Program-made: the position numbers and the translations under genes | Shown: in pieces, positions 52,650 through 64,000 of the stretch | How positions within the stretch are numbered: the stretch's first letter is position 1 | Layout of the letters: every line of letters begins with the position of its first letter | Assembly (NCBI GenBank): GCA_951406725.2 | Contig: OX597814.1 | Span: 77,190,001 to 77,254,000 of the forward strand | DNA length: 64,000 nucleotides | Source: Octopus vulgaris | Taxonomy: Eukaryota | Direction: 5' to 3' | The notes under the pieces: model-generated | Told to the model about the DNA's origin: nothing | What the model saw: only the letters and a program-made list of their open reading frames with translations | Databases searched by the model: none

Positions 52650-54000
52650 GAGACACAATATTTTCTATCGTATAGTTTATCAGTTGCAGTATCTGCTTGA
52701 GGGCCGAAGAATTTATTCAAAATTGTTTGATTTTTATACCGCACCATTTCTTTGTACAGTTCTGTGTAGGAACTGAGTTCATTGTAAACTCATCCTGTAA
52801 TTTTTATGCAGCTTTCATGATTAGGGTCATCAACAAAAACTTCTTGTAGACATCCCTCCATAAGTACCATGCATTTAATAATATTCTTGGCAGTCAATTT
52901 AAGTGAAGATGATGGAATTTCCACATTCTCATCTGTATTCTTTGTTTGCTCTTATTCTAATAGCATCACCTCCTCTTTAGGTAAGCTTTCTCTATTGGAC
53001 ATTAGCAATTCAACCACATCATCTATAATTTCTTCAAACCCTACATCATTTGTGTCACAATATCATTCTGAATTTGATGAAGGCTTGTGAAAAATATATA
53101 AAGTCACTGATACAGTCTGGTCATATATTTTTACAAGTACCATTCAAATTTGAGCGTTTCACCTCTTTCCATGGCTCAAGCTTGTTATCTATAGTATCCA
53201 TGATATTGAACTTATTTCAAAAATCTCTAACTGTAAATTTATCCTCTCTGTCAATTACTTTCATAAGTTGTCGAAAGTTCTTAGAAAACCACACCTTGAT
53301 TTAGTTGCTAGAGTAAACAAATTGCATTCTAGGGGATATATTTAATTTTCGCATTATCAGAGAGTTTATTTAGTTTCATGTAGCGGTTTGGCTCAGAGTC
53401 TAAAAGGATCAATGGTTTACTAGAAATATGTATAGCTCTTTACCTTTCTACAGTAGGACAAAAATTATTGATAAACCACTCTTTAAAAAAGGATTTTAGT
53501 AATTCACGCCTTCTTATTTGAGCACCACATCAGAGGTAGATGAAAATTTGCGTAACTCTTGATAACAATTGTATTTTTTGAGTGATACATGAGAACTTTA
53601 GTTTCCTATCGTCAGTGGCATTGCATCCCAGAAGAAGCATCAAATAAATTTCAGAAGCTTTAAATTCTGGTGTTGGCTTTTCTTTTCGAGAAATAAAAGT
53701 TCTAGCAGGCTTGCTCTTTCAGAAAAGTGTAGTTTCATTAACGTTGTATACTTGCTCTGGTGTGTAGCTTCGTCAGTAATAATTTTTTTTCAGCTGCTCA
53801 GGAAAATTTGTAGCCGCCTTTGCAGCAGCACCCGTCAATTTTATGTTGTGAAAATTCTAGGATGTCTTCAACCTTTCAAACCAGTCTTTCCGTGTAAGAA
53901 AAAGATTTTCCTTAGAGGTTTCACCTTCCTTTTTGTGCAAGTCGTCATGCAACTTTTTATGCAAACTTTTGGCTTAAAAGAATTACCATCGTGCTTAGTG
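52650..54000 (-). mobile_element. pogo/Tigger-like transposase relic
   Basis: Minus-strand remnants YNVNETTLF, EWFINNFCPTV, PLILLD, VDDPNHE resemble a DDE_1 transposase. Heavily decayed. Confidence 0.55.
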
Positions 54001-54179
54001 ATAAATACAGTATCCTGACTCCATTCTTTGATAATATTTTATTATACGTATATGTGTTATGAATTTTTGGATGCCTAGTGCAGTGGCATCCCGGGGAACA
54101 TCCCCACCTTTCAATTTGTAGAAACCCACATGCCCACCGTTTGTGGAAGTGTTTTAAGAGGTAAACCCTTGCATCATTA

Positions 54180-54222
<43 letters not shown>

Positions 54223-54361
54223 ATATACTAGCTGACACCGACCCGTCAAAAAATTGTAGTATTTTATATATAAATGAGGTACAAAATAAGGTACATGATA
54301 ATCACAGATACAAACATTCACATACTTCCCTTGTACACACATACACACATATATACTCACA

Positions 54362-54920
54362 CAGAGTTGAAACGCTGTTTCATTTTTTTACCATAGAACC
54401 TCCATCATCTCACTACCAAGTTTGCTATCACCCCTTCCTTCTTTATTCATGTATTTCCTATCCCGCCCACAGATGTACTTCCTATACCACTCATCGCTGA
54501 TGAGTTCGATAAATTTCTTAAATGTTTTGGTATGTTTATGCAAACATTTTAAGGCCTGTTCCACCCTGCAATTAAGCAATTTGTGCTTCGATGTGAAGAT
54601 TTGGTATATTTCTACTATACACAGCTCATATCGACCTCCTCCAGTACGATATGGTTTAGCTGTACTGATTATTTTCCACTCTGTTGTATAGCCATGGTTC
54701 TTATCTTTAATGGACCAGATTAATTTGCTAAGGCTTATGCTGTTCATCTTATTTCTATCCCTAAATGAATTTAAATAATTAGCTATTATTTTTTTTAATT
54801 TAGCTGGTCCCTATATAGAAGTACGTCCTTCTCTCAGAAGTGATTTTGCATTTATGCACTAGGTTCTTCGTCAAACGATTAGAGTTTAAGGGGCATACTT
54901 TATTCCTAGCATACAGAAAC
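54362..54920 (-). mobile_element. PLE GIY-YIG endonuclease fragment
   Basis: CPL...YIG...SLSKLIWSIK...WKII..A.PY...LC..E, homologous to 27350-27871. ~54362-54450 is also repeated at ~52198-52290. Confidence 0.7.
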
Positions 54921-54962
54921 CTAGTTCCCTATTCCTATTATTTATTGTGTTATAGTTCCTGC

Positions 54963-55375
54963 TACGAGGTGGTATCAGAAAGTTCCCAGACTAGTTCTGT
55001 AGTGCGCCAACAGACGGCAGCACGCGGTTGTGTGCGCAGTGAAAGCTAGCAGTGAGGCAGCGTACCTAGTGACATCGCTGTGTTTACTTGGCAAGTTGTG
55101 AAATTTGTGATTTTGTGATCACATGTATATTGTAGTCAGCGATTTTCTCATGGATAGGAAGTTGGAACAAGGCGCTTCAAAAGCAGAACGTCCCTGGAAG
55201 ATGGTGAGCGATCTGGAAGATCTGCCACAAGCATCACCTCCGAAAATGTGGAGAAAACTCACCAGCTTGTGCATGGAAATCGTCGGAGGACAATCAACGA
55301 CTTTGCTGATGTCGTTAGTCTGGATGGCACAAGGAATTTTGGAGCTGTGTAAGGTCCATTGGGGGTAGAAGATGC
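54963..55375 (+). mobile_element. Mariner 5' fragment
   Basis: TA-CGAGGTGGTATCAGAAAGTTCCC end. Remnants ENVEKTHQLVHGNRRRTINDFADVV. Confidence 0.65.
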
Positions 55376-55379
55376 GCAA

Positions 55380-56360
55380 TAACCTCGCGAAAAGGCATCT
55401 ACAGCTTTGTTCTCCTTACCCGGTCGATAAACGGCGTCGTATTTGAAACAAGAGAGCTCAATCCTCCATAGTAACGTCTTGTCGTTCTTGACTTTACCTT
55501 TGTGTTCGTTGTTTAACATGAAAGCCACGAACTGTTAGTCGGTCACTAACAGAAAATGAACACCGATAAGGTAGTGCTTCCATTTACGAAGAGCTTCAAT
55601 GAAGATGTTGTCTTCCTTTTCTACCGAGGAAGGGTTCCGTTCGCTACGAGTGAGCATGCTGGAGAAAGATACGGGTCATCCATTCTGGTTCAAGGTTGCG
55701 GTGATAGCAATTTCAGAAGAATCTGTCTCCACAACCTAAGGTACTTTTCCGATACGATTGTTCGACAACAATAGGGAAGGGAAATATTTTATTATGTATC
55801 AAGAGTGCGATTTTAACAGAAAATGGGAGATCCTGTGAGAATAAAAAGCAAACAAATAATGTCTCTTGTGCTTTGGTATCTTGAGGAGACGGGAGCAGCG
55901 GAATCGTTCTAGATCTGGCCTGATTACCCCTTTGGACACTTCGTAACGCATGAGCATGATAGTCCTGGGGCAACGACTGGTTTTCTTATCGTTGAAGGTA
56001 AGTCCGTATGTCTTCGTGACTTGTAGAAATCTTTCAGAATTCTCATCACATTTTCTTCAGGAAGCAGGGTAACGCTGTCAGCATAGGCGAAAGTATCCTC
56101 TAATTTTGTTTGTATGATAAGATCATCAACGATACATTGAAAACAAACCATATCATTTGTGATTCCGAACGGTATACGACGGAATTGATATAAGTTACCA
56201 CATGCTTCGAATGCTGTAATTTTTTTTCTCATTTTCGCATATAGGGATCTGATGATAAGCACCCTTGAGATCTAAAGTAGTGAATATCTCGTAGCAAGAT
56301 AGTTTCTCAACCAGTTCATCTATCCGCGACACAAGGTAGGCGTCGAGTTGTGTGTACCGT
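55380..56360 (-). mobile_element. Gypsy/Ty3 pol relic (RT and RNase H)
   Basis: DAY...IDEL...LDLKGAYHQIP...TAF...YQFRRIPFGI...YAD; WRIEL...YRPGKENKAVDAFSR. Confidence 0.85.
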
Positions 56361-57997
56361 CTCGATACACTATAGCGGGCTGGTAGAGTTCAAGAGGGGC
56401 GACGTCCTAGGAGAAGCTCTGGAGCTCGATGAGGGCTAGCTAGCCAACTTGTTTCAAAGAACTTTCGGGCCGGGGTACCTGGATAACTACCAGAAATCCC
56501 TGGCCTGACAGTGCTATATGAGTGCTTTACCCGTTCGGGATAAACTGTCTAGGTATGGAATATCTGTGCCACCGGCATGCTCAAGGTGCGGGCAGGATGA
56601 TGAAACCGTTCTGTACGCCCTTGTACAGTGCCCGGAGCTTTCGGGCTTGATAGTTTATGCAGAACACGTGCTATCGCATCTAGGAAGAGTATAGCTATCG
56701 GCTGAGTGCATGATTAAGGTTGCACCGCCACCCGGACTATCAAAGGAAGGTGAGGCATATTTTTATGCACAGTTGCAGTATTGAAAACTTGGATGAAAGG
56801 AGTCGCGACGGGAATATTCATCTTCGGCACATATTTCCTATATTACTTCAGATATCATCTGAAGAGCAAGATAGGGCTGGGGAAAAGAGCCTGTCGCGAA
56901 GTGTATACGGAAAAAGATGGAAGGAAGTTGAAAGGAAGTTGGGGATGAATGACCCTGCTTAATTCATCCGCAGTAAAGGCGTACAGTGTAGCCAGTGGAC
57001 TTCATGACTACACTGTAATGTCCTGTGCTTGTAATGTCCTGTGTTGTTCCCTCTATGTTGTGATATATTATTACCATAATAAAGAATTAATCTCTCCCAC
57101 ACTCGTGTTAGGTTCTTCTGGTTGTCGATTATTTGTGTTCATGAGTTCTGAGTCTATTAGATTTAGCAAACAGTTAAATTTAGATAAGACTAGAATAGAA
57201 GGGGCTTTAACTAAGGAATTAAATGATGCCATGGTGTCTGGCTCTGCATCCAGAGTGGCGGCGAAATCGGTTTTGTACCGACATCTCAAAGCCAAGCACG
57301 AAGGGTGTAGGGTCAGAGCTAAACTTCGTGCGGTGAGGAGAAAAAGTATTAACATTGTCGGATGGGCATGTCGTGGGGAGAGTCGGAGAGGCAGAGAAGC
57401 CTCTATCAAGTCTCTAACGGACGAACAGGGGCATTCGATGGAAGTACAGGAGGAGATGCAAAAGGTTTTTCACCAACATTTCGCTCGGTTGTTCGGGGAG
57501 AGCGACAGGCTGGACCGTGGGGAGCCCCTAAGAGACTTCCTCGCTGGTGGGCCGCGACTCTCGGCACGGAAGGCGGAATGTTGTGAAGGATCGATTACGG
57601 TTACGGAGGTTGAAGAGATGCTGGCTGAGTGCGACCAGGGACAAATAATCGGTGCTGGATGGTCTGCCCTTTGAATTTATTGTAGCATGTCGGACTTGTT
57701 CGAGCACTTGCTGGCCTGCGCCTCCACAAACTGGCATGAGAATGGAACGATCCCCAGCTTTATGAGTCGGGGAGTGGTGACACTGATCAGAAAAGACCCG
57801 AGCAAAGGGAATCATACAGTTCTATATTTAAGAGATGAGGAATTATGTACATTATGTACATTATTTACATTCGACCGATATTTGTCCTCATCTTTTTTGT
57901 TGTTAACACAACGTTTCAGCTGATATACTCTTCAGCCTTCTTCAGGTGTCTTGGGGAAATTTCGAACTTGGGTTCTCATTCCTAAGGTATTTTTCGA

Positions 57998-58037
<40 letters not shown>

Positions 58038-58154
58038 GCTCAGATCACTGCTTGGAATCGAACTCAGAATCTTGGGGTTAGTAGCCCGCGCTCTTAACCA
58101 CTACGGAAAGAGCAGGACATGCCCTCGTCCGTGAGAAAAAAGCCCACGGGAATA

Positions 58155-58221
58155 TGGCGTAGTGGTTAAGAGCGCGGGCTACTAACCCCAAGATTCCGAG
58201 TTCGATTATAAGCAGTGACCT
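58155..58221 (+). promoter_or_regulatory. tRNA-derived Pol III promoter (inverted partial copy at 58041-58105)
   Basis: A box TGGCGTAGTGGTTAAG, anticodon-like arm GGG-CTACTAA-CCC, B box GAGTTCGATT. Confidence 0.7.
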
Positions 58222-58312
58222 GAACAACAACAACAACAACAACAACAATAATAATAATAACAACATCGAAAAATACCTTAAGAATGAGAACCCAGGTTCG
58301 AAATTTCCCCAA

Positions 58313-58358
58313 GATACCTGATGAAGGCTGGAGGGTACATCAACCGAAACGTTGTGTT
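58313..58358 (+). ncRNA. Minimal hammerhead ribozyme motif (inverted copy at 57905-57950)
   Basis: GATAC-CTGATGA-AGGCTG..CAACC-GAAA-CGTT-GTGTT. The minus copy reads GACAC-CTGAAGA-AGGCTG..CAGCT-GAAA-CGTT-GTGTT. Confidence 0.65.
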
Positions 58359-60330
58359 AACAACAAACAAGATGAGGACAAATAGCCGTCAAATGTAAAT
58401 AATGTACAAGGGGAACCATATTAGTAATTTTAGGCCCATAATTCTACTTAATATAGGGTTAAAGAGTTTGGCCAACGTACTAGCTAAGGGGTTGGCGCGT
58501 GTCGCGGAGGAATTTGTTGAGAAGGTGCAGACATACGCCATCCCAGGCAGGTCGATCCAGGATAATCCCCATCTCCTTCGCTACATCTTAGAGAGGGTGG
58601 GTAAGTCATCCGGTAAAGGTGGGGCACTGGTCCATTTAGACCAGAGTAAAGCTTTTGATAGGGTAGATCACCAGTATCTGGCAGCAGACCTCGAGGCGAC
58701 TGGGCTAGGCCCAGATTTCCGTGGTTGGATCACTGCAATTTATGGCGGCATTAAATCTACAGTCCAGATAAACAGTTACCTGTCGGAGCCGTTTAGTATC
58801 GAGCTCTCGGTTTGTCAGGGCCCCCTGTCTCCGCTTCTGTACGTACTGGCTCTTGAGCCATTGCTGCAGAGGTTGGAGAGTTTGGGGTGTATCCCCAATG
58901 AACTAGGATGTGGTAAGTCTGTTTCTGCATATGCGGATGACGTCAACATCACCGTGTCTAATGAAGCTCAGCTAACTTGTGTAAAGGATGCAAGCAAAGG
59001 ATACAAACCGGTGGCAGGGGCAAAAATTAACACGCACAAGTCCATCGGCTTGCGGCTCGGCACTTGGAGTGGCAAGGCGATACCGTCTAGTGTCGTGGGA
59101 CACTAGACGGATGGTCTTGTTAAGTTGTTTGGAGTGTGGTTTGGACCGGATTCCCAGAAGGAGAAGAATTGGAGTGAGGTGGCAAACAGTGAGGCTGCCC
59201 TAACCCGGACTTTTTCTGGAAGGGTGCTATCCCTGAAAGGAAGGGTGGAGGTGGTGCAGGTGCATATTGCATCTGTTATCACCGTCTAAAGGTGGATTAG
59301 GGATGCCGTGGCTGATGATGCGCAGGCATGCGCCGAGACTGAGGCACCTCTGTCTCTACCTGGAGGGTGACCAGGTATGGAATCCGCTGGCAGAGACGTT
59401 CTTTCCGCGACGAGCCTCCTTGGAGGAGTTTACATCCAGTTTCATAAAAGGCGTAACCTGACGGAATGGCAAAAATATCGCCGACAAGCCCCCGTGCTAA
59501 ACCAAAAGGCGGGAAAGGCCGGCAGCGGGGGTACTACATTGATACTCTATAGCGGGCTGGAAGAGTTCAAGAGGGATGACGTCCTAGGAGAAGCTCTGGA
59601 GCTCGATGAGCGCCATCTAGCCAACCAGTTCCAATGAACTTTCGGGCCGGGGTACCTGGATAACTATTAGAAATCCCTGACCTGACAGTGCTATAGGAGT
59701 GCTTTACCCGTTCGGGATAAACTGTCTAGGCATGGAATATCTGTGTCACCGGCATGCCCAAGGTGCGGGCAGGATGATGAAACCGTTTTGCACGCCCTTG
59801 TTCAGTGTCGGAAGCTTTTGGGCTTGATAATTCACGCAGAACACGTGCTATCGCATCTGAGAAGAGTACAGCTATCAGCTGAGTCCATTATTAAGGTTGC
59901 ATCGCCACCCGGACTATCAAAGGAAGGTAAGACGTGTTTCTTATGCGCAGGTGCAGTACTGAGAGAGTGTATATGGAAAACTAGGATGAAAGGTGTCGCG
60001 ATGGGAACATTCATCTGCGGCCCTGGTTTGATATACTAATTCAGATACCATCTGAAGAGCAAGATAGGACTGGAGAAAAGACTCCTGTCGCGAAGTGTAT
60101 ACGGGAAAATATCGAAGGATGTAGAAAGGAAGTTGGGGGTGTCTGACCCTGCTTAATTTCAACCATAGTAGTACGGTGTAGCCGATGAACTTCACAGACA
60201 AAGTTTAAAAAATTTTTTAAATTATATATATCATCATTAAAACTCATTTATGAACCCATGAACACTTTTCGTTTGTGATGTCCTTACCTGTCCACTGTAT
60301 GTCCGATAATTATTATCATAATGAAGAATA

Positions 60331-63300
60331 TATCTCTACCACACTCGTGTCGGGGTTTTTTGGTTGTTGCTTATTTGTGTTCGTGAGTTCAAATTTGTTA
60401 TGTATTTAATGCTTTATTATTATTGTTGCACTTGTTGGAATTGAACTGTTGTTAATTTGGTAACAATTATTTTCGCCCTTCGGGGCAGAAAATTCTTAAA
60501 CTATGAAATATTGTTGTGAAATCGCTAACTTTGCAGGGTAAAAATTATTTTTGTCAAAAATTATTTTTGTCTAATGTTATTCCTTTTTGAAGGAAGTTGT
60601 TTACTGTGAAAATGTTTCCCGTCATGGAGTACAATTTGTTTTCGAATGAAGATTTCTCGGAGTTGGAAAAGGATAATGAACAATCAACACATGTGCAAAA
60701 GGAAAAGCAAAGTTTTCCGGCCGCGGTGGGCGGCAGGATGATAACAATGGAAGTTACAATGGCAGAACTCCAAATATTGAAACCGTCTATAAAAAAAAAA
60801 AAAAAAAAAAACAGATAGTGATATAAAACTATTCCCTCCTCAAGAGGTTTTACAGAATATTACGGCAAAAACTGTTGTATACAAAACGTTCAATATGAAA
60901 GAAAAGAGAATTACGACATATAAAAGTGAGGCCTATCTGGAACAGAATAATTTACGTCGACTGTGGAAGAAGACATGCCACGGTCGAAGCTCAATTCGCC
61001 GATGAAAATACGGCAAGGATTTGTCTACAATGACCTTAAAAAAATGAAGACGTGATATTATTGCCAACGTACTTGAGCAGAAGAAAGGCCAAAATTAAAG
61101 TGGAAGAAGTTCCGGCAGGTATCGACGTGATATGGATAGCGGCGGCCTTTACTTATGACCTAGAAGAGGAAATAAGAATTCTGCAAATGCAAAAAAGGAA
61201 GTAGAAAATTGGGATGGTCAGTCCCTTGAGATGGTGGTTTTAGCCACACCGGAAGTCCTTGATGGGCTGCCCGTTAGAGTATTTATAGGCGAGGGGCTAA
61301 GCGTAAGGGTCTGTGTAGAAGGACGTAGACCGCGTTGCTTTAAATGAGGCGGGAAGGGAAAATATGGAAGGATGTCGAAAGGAAGTTGTGGATGAATGAC
61401 CCTGCTTATAATCCCCACTATAGTAAAGTAGTACTGTGTAGCCGGTGGACTTGACGGCCAAGGTTCAGAAATTTTTAATCAGATTTAAATACATCATCAT
61501 ATTTTTAAAACTCATTTATGAACCCGTGAACACTTTTTGTTGGTGATGTCCTGTAGTGTCCTCTCTATGTACGATAAATATTATCATAATAAAAAAAACA
61601 CATCTCTCCAGTCGTGTCAGGCGTTTTTGGTTGTTGCTTACTTGTGTTCGTGAGTTCAAATTTATCATATATTTAATGTTTTATTCTTATTGTTGCACTT
61701 GTTGGAATTGAACTGTTATTTTTGCCTTTTGGGGTAGAAAATTCTAAGATTTTGAAATATTGTTGTGAAAGCGACAACTGTGATTAGAACTGCGATTTTT
61801 ACCCTTTGCAGGATAAAAAGTATTTTGTGTCAAAAATATTTTTGGCGAAATGTATTTTTCATCTAATTTTATTCCTTTTTAAAGGAATTTGTTTACTGTG
61901 AAAATTTTTCACGTTATGGAGTACAATCTGTTGTCGAAAGATTTCCCGGAGATGGAAAAGGTTAAAAATAATGAAAATTTAATGTAAGTGCAAAAGCAAA
62001 AGCAAAGATTTTCGGCCGCGGTAGGCGCCAACATGATAGCAATGGAAATTACAATAGCAGAACCTTTTAAATATAGGAACCTTGTCAAAAAATAGGTAAT
62101 GATACAAAACTACTCTCTCCTCAAGAGGTTTTACAGAATATTACGGCAAAAACTGTGGTATACAAAACGTACAGTATGAAAGAAAAGAGAACTACGACAT
62201 TAAAAGTGAGGCGATAGAAAAATGTTTGTTGCCAGTCTGGAACGGAATAATTTACATCGGTGGTGAAAGAAAGCATGCCACGGTCGAAGATCAATTCGCT
62301 GATGAAAAAAGCAAAGGAATTATCTACAATATCCTTAAAAAATGAAGAGGTGATATTACCGCCGACGTACTTGGACAGACGAACCGCTAAAATTAAAGTG
62401 GGAGAAATTTCGGCAGATATCGACGTGATATGGTTAGCAGCAGCCATTACTTATGATCTGGAAGAGAAAATAAGTATTCTGCAAATGCAGAAAAAGGAAG
62501 CAGAAAATTGGGAAGGTCAGTCCCTTGAGATGGTGGTTCAAGCAACTTCTGAAATCCTTGAAAGGCTGCCGGATAGATTTTTTATTGGCGAGGGGTCGGA
62601 CTAGAAGGACCTAGGTAGCGTTGCTTTAAATGCGGCGAGAAAGGTCACGTTCGCTTAGACCGTGAAGCAAAGAACAAAGACCCTCCACAACAAGAACTAC
62701 AGAGCGTGGATGAGAAAAAAACCAGCAAGACAAATAAAAGTTACACAAGAACCCAAAGAAACAAGACCAGACAAAACCATAGCGGCAACGATACAAACCA
62801 CAGAAGAACGTGACGAAATGGAGTTTACCACTGTTAAATACCCCAAAAGAAAAAAGGCTCCAGCCCCAGACTCCCCATCCATACAAAGAAAACATCAAAA
62901 GCAAAAGCAGACACACACGAAAAAATCCCACAGATCACCCCTTGTTAAAACCCATTTCCCATTCCTACCTCAAGACGCAGAACAAAATTATTTCTTTTAA
63001 TGAGAATAATAAGGTGCTTGCCACAGTAATTCGAGCTCACCATAAAGCTCAAGTGCATAAAACTAGAAAAGACATGCTAGAATGTAGGTGGACTTATTCA
63101 CGGAATTAAAAAGAAAACAGGTCTCAAGACGACATCAATGATGTTAGCAAAGAGATGTGCGGCCAAAGTTTTATGGTTAGTCCAGCGACTACACCACAGA
63201 AGAAAAAGGATGGGGAGGAAGCTGAATTCGTGTAGTCCCTCCCCAAGCTAAACATGTAAAGTAGTACGGTGAAGCTGGTGGACTTCACGGCTAAGGTTTA

Positions 63301-63436
63301 AAATTTTAAAAATTATATTTAAATACATCATCATATTTTTAAAACCTTTTATGAACTCATGAACACGTTTTCTTTGTGATGTCCTGTAATGTCCTCTCTA
63401 TGTCCGATAAATATTATAATAAAGAATATATCTCTA
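60331..63436 (+). mobile_element. Two tandem ORF1-only units of a second Tx1-like family (~60340-61610 and ~61611-63436)
   Basis: 5'UTR TCGTGTC..TTTTTGGTTGTTGCTT, gag-like AKTVVYKT...LPTYL.RR.AKIKV...CFKCGEKGH, then the shared 3' end ATAATAAAGAATATATCTCT. Confidence 0.7.
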
Positions 63437-63450
63437 GCAGACGAAGTGTC

Positions 63451-63498
63451 CAGCACTGAGGAAGGGCGGAAATAGCTCGAAACCAGGTTGGTCTGTTG
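63451..63498 (+). ncRNA. Canonical-looking type I hammerhead ribozyme (GUC site)
   Basis: CAGCA-CTGAGGA-A-GGGC..GCTC-GAAA-CCA..TGG-TC-TGTTG; all three stems pair. Confidence 0.75.
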
Positions 63499-63843
63499 TC
63501 CCCGTCACTAAAGATGATCGGGGTTTGCTCCCCTACCCGCAATATATCGGATGCAGGCTGCATCATTAACCAGCAAAAGGAAAGTTGAAGTGGCGACAAA
63601 CATTACTTATGTGTTTATATTTTTACGTATATAATTTATACTGAATGTTTTGCCCACTCACACCTTTTACTGTGTCTGTGTGTTGGAGCTTGTTTTTTTT
63701 TTTCAATATTTCTTGTTTCTTGTTATTCATACCCTTACTCTTTCTTGCACCCATTTTTGCCGCGCTTTATTATCAAGCCTTTGAATTCAGTCCCCTACTA
63801 TTTCACTGAAAGCTTTATATGATACATCACATCATATACATGT

Positions 63844-64000
63844 AGGGTGGCAAGCTGGCAGAATCGTTAGCGTGTTGGACAAAATGCATAACGGCATTTC
63901 GTCCGCCTTTACGTTCTGAGTTCAAATTCCGCTGGCGTCGACTTTGCCTTCCATTCTTTCGGAATTGCTAAAATAAGTGCCGGTTGAGCACTGAGGTCGA
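63844..64000 (+). mobile_element. tRNA-derived SINE, same family as 32516, cut by window end
   Basis: AGCTGGCAGAATCGTTAGC...GAGTTCAAATTCCGC...GTCGACTTTGCCTT. Confidence 0.85.

Larger units (their letters stand above)
57817..58406. mobile_element. Palindromic tRNA-head + (AAT)n + hammerhead element inserted in LINE RT
   Basis: Inverted arms ~57855-58105 and 58157-58406. Degenerate TSD CAAAGGGAATCATA / CAAGGGGAACCATA (57803, 58407). Confidence 0.8.
56361..60330 (+). mobile_element. Two tandem 5'-truncated Tx1/L1-like ORF2 fragments (56361-~57095 and ~57150-60330)
   Basis: NFRPIILLN, LDQSKAFDRV, YADD, CPRC..DETVLHALVQC. ~56365-57000 parallels ~59545-60190. Confidence 0.85.

Noticed and set aside
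54362-54510. Possible hammerhead near the PLE endonuclease fragment (CTGATGA at ~54497; GAAACGCTGTTTC at ~54369)
   Set aside because: The core halves cannot be ordered into a consistent three-stem fold.
58155-58221. Functional tRNA gene (anticodon ACT)
   Set aside because: No proper acceptor stem, and it is embedded in a mobile element; treated as a tRNA-derived head.

Overview
AT-rich, repeat-dense eukaryotic DNA. The (TA)n/(AAT)n/(CA)n microsatellites and the SINE content suggest a mollusc, probably an octopus-like cephalopod (inference). Host genes are two tandem paralogues on the + strand. The first is an intact three-exon gene (17583-20632) encoding a signal peptide, an uncharacterised invertebrate domain that looks like a catalytically altered lysozyme-like fold, and three 4-Cys chitin-binding (ChtBD2/peritrophin-A-like) repeats. 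The second is a disrupted paralogue (546-~6270) that lacks the lysozyme-like domain and has 13 chitin-binding repeats. The rest is transposons: several Penelope-like element (PLE) families with inverted pseudo-LTRs, mariner/Tc1/pogo relics, Helitron pieces, RTE and Dong/R4 LINEs, a Gypsy relic, tRNA-SINEs, a 5S pseudogene, and head-to-tail arrays of Tx1/L1-like LINEs with ORF1-only derivatives. About seven different type I hammerhead-ribozyme motif families can be folded by eye. One sits in a short TSD-flanked palindromic element that joins a tRNA-like Pol III promoter to a hammerhead on each arm.
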